From Ferroglobus placidus DSM 10642 (GTDB lineage: Archaea; Halobacteriota; Archaeoglobi; Archaeoglobales; Archaeoglobaceae), in the NCBI RefSeq assembly GCF_000025505.1, contig NC_013849.1:750001-782000 (forward strand): 32,000 nt of DNA, given 5' to 3'. The translations under genes were made by a program, and so were the position numbers. This document shows positions 7,853 through 15,854 of the stretch, in pieces (positions within the stretch are counted from its first letter, which is position 1; each line of letters begins with the position of its first letter). Below the pieces are notes generated by a model. That model was not told the DNA's origin, ran no database searches, and saw nothing but the letters and a program-made list of their open reading frames with translations.

Positions 7853-10800
7853 AGAAAGGTTAAAGCCGGTGTTAGAAGAGTTAAGAGAAAAATACGAGAA
7901 AGAATGGAGAAGTGTTGAAGATACTATTTTGAAACATCTTGATGAAGTTAAGGAAACCATCGAGCAGCATTTAAAAAACAATCAGGAAATTGATTTTGAA
8001 ACAGCAAAGAAAATATATGAAAAAATTGAAACAATAGACAACTTAACCAAGCCTTTTCTTCTGTGGATATCTCCTTCAGAAGGAGGATTTGCAAGGGATA
8101 AACATGAGGACACAGAGAAAATAAGAACGAAAATATTGAACAATCAAATAATTAGAGATTTTCTAAATGAAGTTAAAAGCTTAGAGAGTTTAGGGGAGCT
8201 CCAAAGAATTAAAGATAGACTTGAAGAAATTAAAGGAACCGAAGAGATCAAAGGAATAAGCATATCTAATTTAAGCACGTGGATGAGTATCTTCAATCCG
8301 AAAATTTTCATGCCAACATGGGAAAACACAGTAAATAAGCATCTGAGGAATGATCTGGGTTTTAATCGATTCTGGGGTGGTGATTCGGATATTGAAAAAT
8401 TTATTGAGTTTACCAAAACCGTTAGAGAGATTGCTGATGAGGTTGGAATAAATAGCATGTTGGAAGCTGCATTTTATCTAAGCAAGTATGAAAGAAGCAA
8501 TGTTGAAAGTTTTTCAGATTTACTTAAATTACTTAAAGAACTAAAAGATTACTATCATAAAGAATGGAAAGAAGTAGAAAAGCCATTTATGGATAAAATT
8601 GAACAAATAAGGAAATTAATTCTGGAAAAAATTGAAGGCGGTGAAAGATTCAGTGAGGAAGATGTGAATGAAATCCTCAAACTAAGAAACGAAGTTCCTG
8701 AAAATTGTAAATTCTTATTAAGATATTTTGTTAGTGCAGGAGTACCTCCGAAAGAAGTGCTAATTAGACTACTCAACAATAAGAATTTCCAAAATCTGGT
8801 TAAATCGATAAGTCAAAGAAAAGAGGATGAAATAAGGAAGTTCTATAAATTAACCAAAGAAGAAGTAATGTATGTCGGTAACTCATCGTTGAGTACTTGG
8901 CTTGCAGTTTTGAATCCAGAATATTACATGCCTACTTGGGGATGGGAACATCAAAGTGGAACCCTGCCACTTGTATTATATAAGGATGTCAAAGAGCTTA
9001 GGAGTTTTGAGAAATGGTGGACACAAGAACCAGAGAAAATATTTGAGCTGTTTTCTCTTTTGAAGAAAGTTTCAAATGAAGCTGGGATTAATAACATGTT
9101 TGAAACGGCGTTCTATTTAAATAAGTATGAGAGCAGGAATATAAAAGAGAAAAATTACTGGATAGAGATAGGAGGCCCACCCTCAAAAGAATATATAGGT
9201 AAATACCTGTGGGCTCCGAAGGCACCGCAATGGAGATTACTGGAAAATGTTCAGAAAGACGACATTATTTATCATTATGTCACTTCCAAAGGGCCTGAGG
9301 AGTTTGGGGGAAAGTTTGTCGGAAAATCTAAAGCAAAGGAGAAAGCCAAGGAAATTGATAAAGATGAACTTGTCAGAATAATGAGGGAGATTGACGAAAA
9401 TTGGGATAACTTCTTTGAAGGTTGGAGAAATTATGATACCTTCTACTTAGTCGAACTTTACGATTATAACGAATTCAAACAACCGATCTCGAAAGAAGAG
9501 GTTGGATTTAATCCCCCTCAGAAATATTTTGTCAGGGCCCCATCCGAAATTGTAAACAAAATTGAACAGCTGACGTCAACTCAAAAGAAGTCAGAAATCG
9601 ATGAAAAAACAAAAAAGAAAATCGAAACCATTCTCACCTACAAAAAACAACTCATCCTTTACGGCCCTCCTGGCACGGGCAAAACATGGCTTGCAAGAAA
9701 CTATGCAATAGAAGTTGGTCAAGAAAAATACAGGTTTAGAAGAAAAACCCTATTGGGTGTAGAATTTTTCTTTTGGGTTATAAACCCTGAGAGGTGGGAT
9801 TATACACAGCTTGAAGAAGGCAAAGACGTTGAAATGGGGAAAGGAAGATTAAAGAGTGCGTTTGAAAAGATAAACAACGGAGACCTGGTGTTTATATATG
9901 TAGGTAAACAAATAGGAAAGATATACGGAATCGGGAAATATAAATACGATGATTCAAACGAAAAGCCCTACTTATCTGTTTTGAAGCTATTTGAAGGACC
10001 CAGTTTAAACGATTTAAGAGCAATTTTGAAGGACTCGATTCCAATTAAACAAAACCTAAGAGGAACTTTGTTTCCGTTGAAGCCTGAAGAAGGTCTAAAA
10101 CTGCTTGAAGCATCAGGATTAAGTCTGAGTGATTTAAGCCTTGAGGCGGAAGAATACTCTGAAGAGGTAGAGGGTATAAGATTCGTTACTTTCCACCCCT
10201 CTTATTCCTACGAGGAGTTCGTTGAAGGATTAAGGCCAAAAGCGGATGAAGAAGGGGATATTAGGTACGAGATAGAAGATGGAATTTTCAAAACTGTTTG
10301 CAAAGACGCCTTCAATGCCCTTATGAACCATGCCGGCATCGATAAGGTGTGGGAAGATGAATTACCCGAATTAAGCTATGAAGAAAAACAGATTGTTTTA
10401 GGTTCTCTGGAAGATGCTCCAAAATTCTTCCTCGTGATAGATGAGATAAACAGGGGCGACATTTCCAGAATTTTCGGGGAGCTCATAACTCTTATAGAAG
10501 AAGACAAAAGGCTCTTTGCCGAGAACGAGCTGACAGTTACTCTGCCATACTCCAAGGAAAAATTCGGAGTCCCGCCCAACCTCTACATTATAGGCACTAT
10601 GAACACAGCAGACAGAAGCATAGCCCTGATTGACGTAGCCCTGCGCAGGAGGTTTGGTTTTATCGAACTCATGCCGGACTACGAAATTCTCGAAGATAAG
10701 CTCTTGTCAAGGGATGATGAAGCGAGAGATATTAAAGAACTCGCAATCGATGTTTTGAGAAAACTGAACGAAAGAATCAGAAAGAATTACGACAGAGACC

Positions 10801-11060
10801 ATCAAATAGGGCACAGCTACCTTTTAAAGCTTGAAAAAGCCGATACCAAAGATAAAGCAGTTGAAACTCTGCAATTCATCTGGTATCACGAGATACTCCC
10901 GCTGCTGCAGGAGTACTTCTACGACAGTCCGGAGAAGCTTAAGAGAGTCCTCAACGAAGCATTCGTTAGGGTTGAAGAGAATAGCTTCGACTTTGAGTAC
11001 CTTGAAGGTGAAAGATTTGTTGAAGAGCTGAGAAAAGTTGCCGAACAGGAGCAGCAATGA
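7845..11060 (+). CDS. Giant McrB-family AAA+ GTPase (type IV restriction specificity/motor subunit) with a multi-domain N-terminus and an internal insertion
   Basis: Walker A GPPGTGKT (9663-9686); '[16 protein letters not shown]'; Walker [12 protein letters not shown] (10425-10457); McrB signature '[11 protein letters not shown]' (MNTADRS at 10599-10619); 'LRRRF'. Start taken at ATG 7845, preceded by GGAGGT (7833-7838). The ORF track uses TTG at 7830. Confidence 0.9.
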   Translation: MNKERLKPVLEELREKYEKEWRSVEDTILKHLDEVKETIEQHLKNNQEIDFETAKKIYEKIETIDNLTKPFLLWISPSEGGFARDKHEDTEKIRTKILNNQIIRDFLNEVKSLESLGELQRIKDRLEEIKGTEEIKGISISNLSTWMSIFNPKIFMPTWENTVNKHLRNDLGFNRFWGGDSDIEKFIEFTKTVREIADEVGINSMLEAAFYLSKYERSNVESFSDLLKLLKELKDYYHKEWKEVEKPFMDKIEQIRKLILEKIEGGERFSEEDVNEILKLRNEVPENCKFLLRYFVSAGVPPKEVLIRLLNNKNFQNLVKSISQRKEDEIRKFYKLTKEEVMYVGNSSLSTWLAVLNPEYYMPTWGWEHQSGTLPLVLYKDVKELRSFEKWWTQEPEKIFELFSLLKKVSNEAGINNMFETAFYLNKYESRNIKEKNYWIEIGGPPSKEYIGKYLWAPKAPQWRLLENVQKDDIIYHYVTSKGPEEFGGKFVGKSKAKEKAKEIDKDELVRIMREIDENWDNFFEGWRNYDTFYLVELYDYNEFKQPISKEEVGFNPPQKYFVRAPSEIVNKIEQLTSTQKKSEIDEKTKKKIETILTYKKQLILYGPPGTGKTWLARNYAIEVGQEKYRFRRKTLLGVEFFFWVINPERWDYTQLEEGKDVEMGKGRLKSAFEKINNGDLVFIYVGKQIGKIYGIGKYKYDDSNEKPYLSVLKLFEGPSLNDLRAILKDSIPIKQNLRGTLFPLKPEEGLKLLEASGLSLSDLSLEAEEYSEEVEGIRFVTFHPSYSYEEFVEGLRPKADEEGDIRYEIEDGIFKTVCKDAFNALMNHAGIDKVWEDELPELSYEEKQIVLGSLEDAPKFFLVIDEINRGDISRIFGELITLIEEDKRLFAENELTVTLPYSKEKFGVPPNLYIIGTMNTADRSIALIDVALRRRFGFIELMPDYEILEDKLLSRDDEARDIKELAIDVLRKLNERIRKNYDRDHQIGHSYLLKLEKADTKDKAVETLQFIWYHEILPLLQEYFYDSPEKLKRVLNEAFVRVEENSFDFEYLEGERFVEELRKVAEQEQQ
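7860..9140 (+). repeat. Intragenic tandem duplication, two ~210-aa copies of an uncharacterised module in the McrB-like N-terminus
   Basis: Copy 1 (aa 11-224) against copy 2 (aa 231-437): [26 protein letters not shown]; [38 protein letters not shown]; [40 protein letters not shown]. Confidence 0.85.
9153..9497 (+). other. PUA/EVE-like putative modified-base reader module (aa 442-556 of the McrB-like protein)
   Basis: '[10 protein letters not shown]...[26 protein letters not shown]...[17 protein letters not shown]'. The pattern (aromatic-W start, conserved W, acidic-DxIxxY strand, trailing beta strand) resembles PUA-superfamily domains fused to type IV enzymes. Assignment is by eye only. Confidence 0.4.
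9762..10124 (+). other. EVE-like domain inserted within the AAA+ core (aa 645-765)
   Basis: '[13 protein letters not shown]...[33 protein letters not shown]...[18 protein letters not shown]...[17 protein letters not shown]' matches the EVE pattern (W..NP..W, GD.V.FY, I.GIG, trailing 'pl..ee'). It lies between Walker A (aa 612-619) and [10 protein letters not shown] (aa 788-797), which are about 25 aa apart in E. coli McrB as I recall it. Confidence 0.6.
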
Positions 11061-12337
11061 AAACCTATTCAACCTTTGAGTATTCGGAAGTGGAGTACAG
11101 AATAACTGACGATGGAGAGGAAAGAGTAGAGAATAATGTACTCTACCTCAAAGAGAAATCTGTTGAATATCTGGAGAAACTGAACGTAGCTCAGGTTCTG
11201 AGAAACAAAATAAAATTCCAGAACTACGCTGGAGTCATTTCTTTCGAAGATATCAGGCTGGAAATTCTCCCAAAATTTCTCAGGACGGATAAGAAGCTGG
11301 TAAAACCAGAAGAAATTGATGAAAAGAGAGAGAAAATCTTGCAAAATCTCGTTAGAATGCTTGAATATTCGGGATGGGAAGGAATTAAGGAAACCGACCT
11401 CACACAAATCGGGACGGAGAAGGATTTCTTTGAAATCTACGTTTTCCTCTTTGCAAAAAACCTTGCAGAGCTTCTCAAGGTAAACAGGGATGCATCTTAC
11501 GTCCGAACTTACGACGAACTCAGATTCGTAAGGGGGAAGATAGAATTCAGGAAGTACTGGAATCCAGCAAGACTTCATATAATTCCATGCAGCTACTATG
11601 AGAGGAACATGAACACACCAATCAACCGCACCCTGAAATTCGTCTCGTATCTTCTTTTAAAGAAAGTTGAAAGCTCTGAAACGAGAAGGTTGCTTAAAAG
11701 CGTGATATCTGTATTAGACTCAGTCACTTTGTCCCCAGTAACTCTGGCAGAGGTCGAGAAAATCACCTTCAACAGGCTTAATTCACGCTTCATTCCGTTC
11801 ATAGACTTTTGCAGAGCTTTTTTGAGAGACTCAGTTTTCTCGCTTCAGGGCTCGGATGTAGAGTTCTTCTCATTCCTAATACCGATGGAGACATTGTTCG
11901 AAAGATTCGTGGCGAAAGCCGTAAAAGAGTTATATAAGGGCACAGAATGGAAACCACATATCCAAGAAACATTTGGTTATCTAGTACCCAAAGAGAAACT
12001 TTTCCAGCTACAGCCGGATATAGTTCTCGAAAATGGGGGAGAAAGGGTGATAGTAGATACAAAATACAAGATCCTGGACCCAGAGGACAGAAAGCTCGGT
12101 GTTTCTCAGCAGGACCTTTACCAGATGTACGCATACTGCAAAGAGCTTGGATCCAGTAAATGTGTACTTATATACCCCGAAAGTCTGAATGGCAAGATAG
12201 ATGGAGAATTTAAACTTGGAAGCAAGGAAAAGATCGATTTGAAGGTAAAAACAATATCTCTCGAAAACCCATTTGATAACGGCAAACTTTCGGAGAATTT
12301 TAAGGAAAGTTTGAGGAACGCTATAGGATTACTCTAA
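11057..12337 (+). CDS. McrC-like PD-(D/E)xK endonuclease subunit
   Basis: 426 aa. '[10 protein letters not shown]' followed by '[22 protein letters not shown]' (PD...D-T-K-Y-K, 12014-12070) and '[10 protein letters not shown]', the McrC C-terminal nuclease signature. The ATG overlaps the mcrB-like TGA (ATGA at 11057-11060). Confidence 0.88.
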   Translation: MKTYSTFEYSEVEYRITDDGEERVENNVLYLKEKSVEYLEKLNVAQVLRNKIKFQNYAGVISFEDIRLEILPKFLRTDKKLVKPEEIDEKREKILQNLVRMLEYSGWEGIKETDLTQIGTEKDFFEIYVFLFAKNLAELLKVNRDASYVRTYDELRFVRGKIEFRKYWNPARLHIIPCSYYERNMNTPINRTLKFVSYLLLKKVESSETRRLLKSVISVLDSVTLSPVTLAEVEKITFNRLNSRFIPFIDFCRAFLRDSVFSLQGSDVEFFSFLIPMETLFERFVAKAVKELYKGTEWKPHIQETFGYLVPKEKLFQLQPDIVLENGGERVIVDTKYKILDPEDRKLGVSQQDLYQMYAYCKELGSSKCVLIYPESLNGKIDGEFKLGSKEKIDLKVKTISLENPFDNGKLSENFKESLRNAIGLL

Positions 12338-12696
12338 TCTTACATCTGACTTAGTTAAACAAAAAACTTAAGTATAACAAATCTAATCAACTATTAATGT
12401 CCCAAAAGGCTTACATAACCCTCCTCGGCCGCTCTGGCTGGGCGCTTATTTTAAAGGTTTAACTGTCATTGTGGTTTGCAGAGGTCTGAGAGGTCTCTCT
12501 GGGGAAAAAGAGTTAAAAGGAGTCTAATCTTCTACGATAAAGCTGAATTTGCTTATAACGTCTCAAACAAATAGGAAGTGGGTTTATCCTTCGTTATTTT
12601 AGCAATTCCGTAAGAAATTTTAATAGCTAAATTATAATCGGATTTCTCGCAAACGAGCTGAAATGATAAAGTATTTCAAAAAGTCAACGAAACTGC

Positions 12697-12704
12697 TTTA
12701 AATA
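12697..12704 (+). promoter_or_regulatory. TATA-box-like element (TTTAAATA) for the wHTH/MFS-like/MinD-like operon
   Basis: About 20 nt upstream of the GTG at 12724. Confidence 0.4.
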
Positions 12705-12723
12705 ATCAAACTAATAAAAGATC

Positions 12724-13041
12724 GTGAACGAACCCGTGGAAATCGTCGACCTTCTAAAGAGAATTCTCGACGTTTTGGAGAGGATAGAGAAGAAAATCAG
12801 CAACAACGGTGAGGAGGAAAAAATCAAATTCGACCCATTCACACTTCTCGAACTTCCGGACAATTTAAGATCTACCGCTATGGCGCTGATAAAGCTTGGC
12901 AGAGGGACAGCCTCTGACGTGGCGAAGATAACGGGAAGAGGAAGAGCCATAGAAAGTCATTATCTAAACACCCTCGTTAAGATGGGTTACGCGAAAAAGA
13001 GGAGAGAGGGAAGGAGAGTTATCTATGAGATCCGAGGTTAA
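12724..13041 (+). CDS. Winged-helix (MarR/TrmB/ArsR-like) transcriptional regulator
   Basis: 105 aa with a GTG start. 'LPDNLRSTAMALIKLGRGTASDVAKITGRGRAIESHYLNTLVKMGYAKKRREGRRVIYEI' is a typical wHTH (HTH plus a basic wing). Confidence 0.65.
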   Translation: MNEPVEIVDLLKRILDVLERIEKKISNNGEEEKIKFDPFTLLELPDNLRSTAMALIKLGRGTASDVAKITGRGRAIESHYLNTLVKMGYAKKRREGRRVIYEIRG

Positions 13042-14074
13042 CGGTGCGCTCCTTACCTTCTCCTACGGTTCCTTTTTGCTAACCTACCCAAACTTTGGTC
13101 CTATTTCGATTAAGATTGTAGAAGCGTTGAATGCAAATCCCTACGAGTTTTTTTCCTGTTTTTACCTTTCTCACGTACTTGGGATAGCTTTTTCATCGAT
13201 TTTTCTCGATAGAGTTGAAAAGCGAATAAGGTTACTCAAAGTAACAATTCCAGTTTTAATTTCATCGGCATTTCTGACAATTTTCAACCACTTGGCAATT
13301 TTTGCAATCGGTTTTACAATGGGTGTATTTATTGTAATCCTCGGCAGTTACTTCGCCCGCTTCATAAAACCTTGGAGAAGAGGTAAAACTTTTGCTTTTG
13401 GCGCTTTCATGTCCAACGTTTACCTTTTCCTTTTAACCAAGCTAACGTTCCTCAACCTCCCAGTTCTCGTTCTCTTGTCCATCCTTCCGTTGCTGCTCGT
13501 ATTCACTATACCCAACGAGAACTTCGAGCTAAGATCCTCCAAAATAAATGGAAAATTCGTTTATTTCTCTTTGCCGGTTTTCGTTTTCTACTTCGTTGGA
13601 GGAGTGATGTACGGAATTATGGAAAAAGCCTTCAGAGAGGCTGGAATATCAACGCACGTACTCTTTTACGCTACGTTAGTAATTCTCGCGGGAATCGTGT
13701 ACGACAAAGTTGATAGGAAAATTGTTGCAATCGCTGGACTAATCGCTTTATCCGCCTCGCTCCTTCTCTTTCCCTCTTCGCTCGTTTACTCTGCTCACCT
13801 TATCCAGTCTTCATACGCTTTCGTGGACGTCTTTGCAATGATGATCTGGGCGGATATAAGCAGGGTTGGCAGCGAAGCGAAACAGTACGGAATTGGAATG
13901 CTTTCGATAACACTTCCGATATACTTGGGATTTCTCCTTTCCGAATCGTTTTCGTTCCAGCTGAGTACGACGATAATGATCGTCCTCCTCGTTCTTTCAG
14001 CCTTCTTACTCGGCTCCGTGGAGGAGCCGGCAACAACTCCTGAAGAATACCTGAGGTGGTTGGCAAGGAGGTAA
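13025..14074 (+). CDS. Polytopic membrane protein, MFS-like (about 10-11 predicted TM helices)
   Basis: 349 aa, almost entirely hydrophobic helices. A basic loop 'KPWRRGKTFAFG' resembles MFS motif A. It overlaps the wHTH gene by 17 nt. Confidence 0.55.
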   Translation: MRSEVNGALLTFSYGSFLLTYPNFGPISIKIVEALNANPYEFFSCFYLSHVLGIAFSSIFLDRVEKRIRLLKVTIPVLISSAFLTIFNHLAIFAIGFTMGVFIVILGSYFARFIKPWRRGKTFAFGAFMSNVYLFLLTKLTFLNLPVLVLLSILPLLLVFTIPNENFELRSSKINGKFVYFSLPVFVFYFVGGVMYGIMEKAFREAGISTHVLFYATLVILAGIVYDKVDRKIVAIAGLIALSASLLLFPSSLVYSAHLIQSSYAFVDVFAMMIWADISRVGSEAKQYGIGMLSITLPIYLGFLLSESFSFQLSTTIMIVLLVLSAFLLGSVEEPATTPEEYLRWLARR

Positions 14075-14079
14075 TTTAA

Positions 14080-14772
14080 ATGATAATCGGCTTGCACTCG
14101 TTTAAAGGTGGAAGCGGAAAAACGTTCGTTGCAACAAATTTGGGATACAAGCTGTCTGAAAAGGGAAGAAAGGTTTGCGTCATCGAACTCGACATGAAAG
14201 CTCCGAGCTTGCATTCTTTTTTCGAAACGGAAAAGTTCGTAAATGAGCTGCTGACGAAAAAAGCGTCAGCGAGAGATTACCTTAACGAAGTGAAGGAAAA
14301 TCTCAGCGTGATCGTTGCTTCTCCTTCCCTTCAGGAGATCAAAAGGGATTTGATGAGGAGTGATGTTGAAAGCTTGAAAATTCTGAAAAGATTGCAGGAA
14401 GTTCTGGCTGAGCTGAAATCCATGAACTTTGATTTTATTATACTCGATAACCCTCCCGGGTTAAGCTACATGAGCGTGAACTCGATGCTCGTAAGCGATA
14501 TTATATTTTTCGTTTCACGAGCCGAAAAGGATGATTTGGCGGGATTGAACATTCTTTACGAGGTCTCGAAAAACGTTGAAAAGCAGAAGTATGTAATTTT
14601 GAACAGAATCACGGAAAGAACAAAAAATATCAGGTTGAGCTATCCGGTTGCTGCAAAAATACCTTGCAGCTGCGAAATCACTGACGAGCCGTTTTTCGTT
14701 GAAACCTTTAAAGAGCATGAGGTTTCGAGGGCTTTCGACGAATTAGCTGAAAAAATTCTTGGATTGCGGTAA
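14080..14772 (+). CDS. MinD/ParA-family P-loop ATPase
   Basis: Deviant Walker A 'FKGGSGKTFVATNLG', 'VCVIELDMKAPS' and Walker B-like 'FDFIILDNPPG'. Starts 5 nt after the membrane-protein stop. Confidence 0.85.
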   Translation: MIIGLHSFKGGSGKTFVATNLGYKLSEKGRKVCVIELDMKAPSLHSFFETEKFVNELLTKKASARDYLNEVKENLSVIVASPSLQEIKRDLMRSDVESLKILKRLQEVLAELKSMNFDFIILDNPPGLSYMSVNSMLVSDIIFFVSRAEKDDLAGLNILYEVSKNVEKQKYVILNRITERTKNIRLSYPVAAKIPCSCEITDEPFFVETFKEHEVSRAFDELAEKILGLR

Positions 14773-14797
14773 ATTCCAGCACTTGTTTTCCAATTTC

Positions 14798-14811
14798 TGT
14801 TTTTTGATTTT
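14798..14811 (+). terminator. T-rich tract (tgTTTTTTgaTTTT), likely archaeal terminator of the MinD-like operon
   Basis: Oligo-T runs about 26 nt after the stop at 14772. Confidence 0.35.
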
Positions 14812-14920
14812 ACTTCTGTCAAGCTGAACTGCTCAGCTATTTTATGTTTAATTGTTGAATAACAAAACATTTATATTTGATAGTTGCATCAACTTCTCTT
14901 TGAAAGAAAGAGGTGCTTCG

Positions 14921-15040
14921 ATGAGCTCGTCGCAAAGAGTTCCGAGCAGAGATGGTTTTGATTTCTTTTTCGGAGTTAGCAAGCTCAATGGAGTTGAGTC
15001 ACGTATTGGGCAGAGGGGTGGTAAAATTGAGGGCTGTTAG
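14921..15040 (+). CDS. Candidate 39-aa small protein (MSSSQRVPSRDGFDFFFGVSKLNGVESRIGQRGGKIEGC)
   Basis: TTTATATT TATA-like box (14870-14877), then GAGGTG (SD-like, 14910-14915) 5 nt before ATG 14921. No recognisable family. It could equally be a noncoding transcript. Confidence 0.3.
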   Translation: MSSSQRVPSRDGFDFFFGVSKLNGVESRIGQRGGKIEGC

Positions 15041-15161
15041 GTTTCTGTTTGCGGTTTTACTGCTGGAGATGGTAAGCGGAACAAAGGTAAAAACAAAGGT
15101 AAAAATGAGAGAGTAACCAAATCCAAAATTTTGCAGGCAGAATGGCGAAAAGCTTTAGGAA

Positions 15162-15854
15162 TTACAGCTTCACCCTCCTCCTAACGAGCTGATTTCTCTC
15201 CGAAATTTTTTCGAGAAACTTCTCGAAGCTGTCGAAGTCTGCAACTTTTTCTTTTAAAAATACCCCAGTTCTACCTATCTCTCTCCTCCTCTCCAGAACC
15301 CTAATTCTTTCTTCAACTATGTCCACGCCAACTCCGAGAATCTTTGCAACTTCACTTTTATCGAGTTCGTTAATCGGAATTTCCACGTGCCCAAAGCTCT
15401 CGGGAATTATCAGCACGAGCCTCTTATCAACTCCGCAAACCCTCTTGTCATTTCTTAATTCGTCGAGTGTTATTGCACCTCCAAATTTGTAGAAATCCAG
15501 CTCTCTGTCCTTCATCTTCGCAAGGGGAAAGCTGACGTTGGCATTAGCCAGTACGAACTCCCCTTTAACGACGTGATTTGGCGTGGCTTGAATTATCCTC
15601 TTCTCCAAAATTTCGAAATCCGAAAGAGCGAGTTCTATCTTGAAGGAGGGGATTTGAAGGGGGATGAAAATGTCGACGTCGCTGCTTTCCTTAACGTCAC
15701 CCCTCGCTACGCTTCCGTACAAAATCGAAGGAATTCCGAAATCCTCGAGAGTTTCCATTAACTCCTTCGCAATTTTTCTCTTCTCTTTTAAAAGATTCCA
15801 GTGATTTTCGTCGTATTTTACAACCCTCCTTTCCCCGTAAGTTGCGACTTTCAT
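15162..15854 (-). CDS. Pol-beta-superfamily nucleotidyltransferase domain protein
   Basis: 'ILYGSVARGDVKESSDVDIFI' is the GSxxRGDx5SDxD minimal-NTase motif. Start taken at ATG 15854, which forms an ATGA overlap with the cutA stop. The ORF-track start at 15923 would overlap cutA by 73 nt. Confidence 0.75.
   Translation of the reverse strand: MKVATYGERRVVKYDENHWNLLKEKRKIAKELMETLEDFGIPSILYGSVARGDVKESSDVDIFIPLQIPSFKIELALSDFEILEKRIIQATPNHVVKGEFVLANANVSFPLAKMKDRELDFYKFGGAITLDELRNDKRVCGVDKRLVLIIPESFGHVEIPINELDKSEVAKILGVGVDIVEERIRVLERRREIGRTGVFLKEKVADFDSFEKFLEKISERNQLVRRRVKL

Noticed and set aside
12480-12496. Direct repeat AGAGGTCT x2, considered as a regulator operator or ncRNA element
   Set aside because: It is too short and not palindromic, and I cannot support a function from sequence alone. 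It is mentioned only within the spacer finding.
14852-14920. ORF-track start at 14852 for the 62-aa ORF
   Set aside because: The 5' extension would begin upstream of the TATA-like box at 14870-14877. Only the ATG at 14921, with its SD, is plausible, and even that is of low confidence.
15081-15104. Exact 12-nt tandem duplication ACAAAGGTAAAA x2, considered as a CRISPR or repeat array
   Set aside because: There are only two adjacent units with no spacers, which is far too short for a CRISPR array. No CRISPR-like repeat-spacer structure was seen anywhere in the window.
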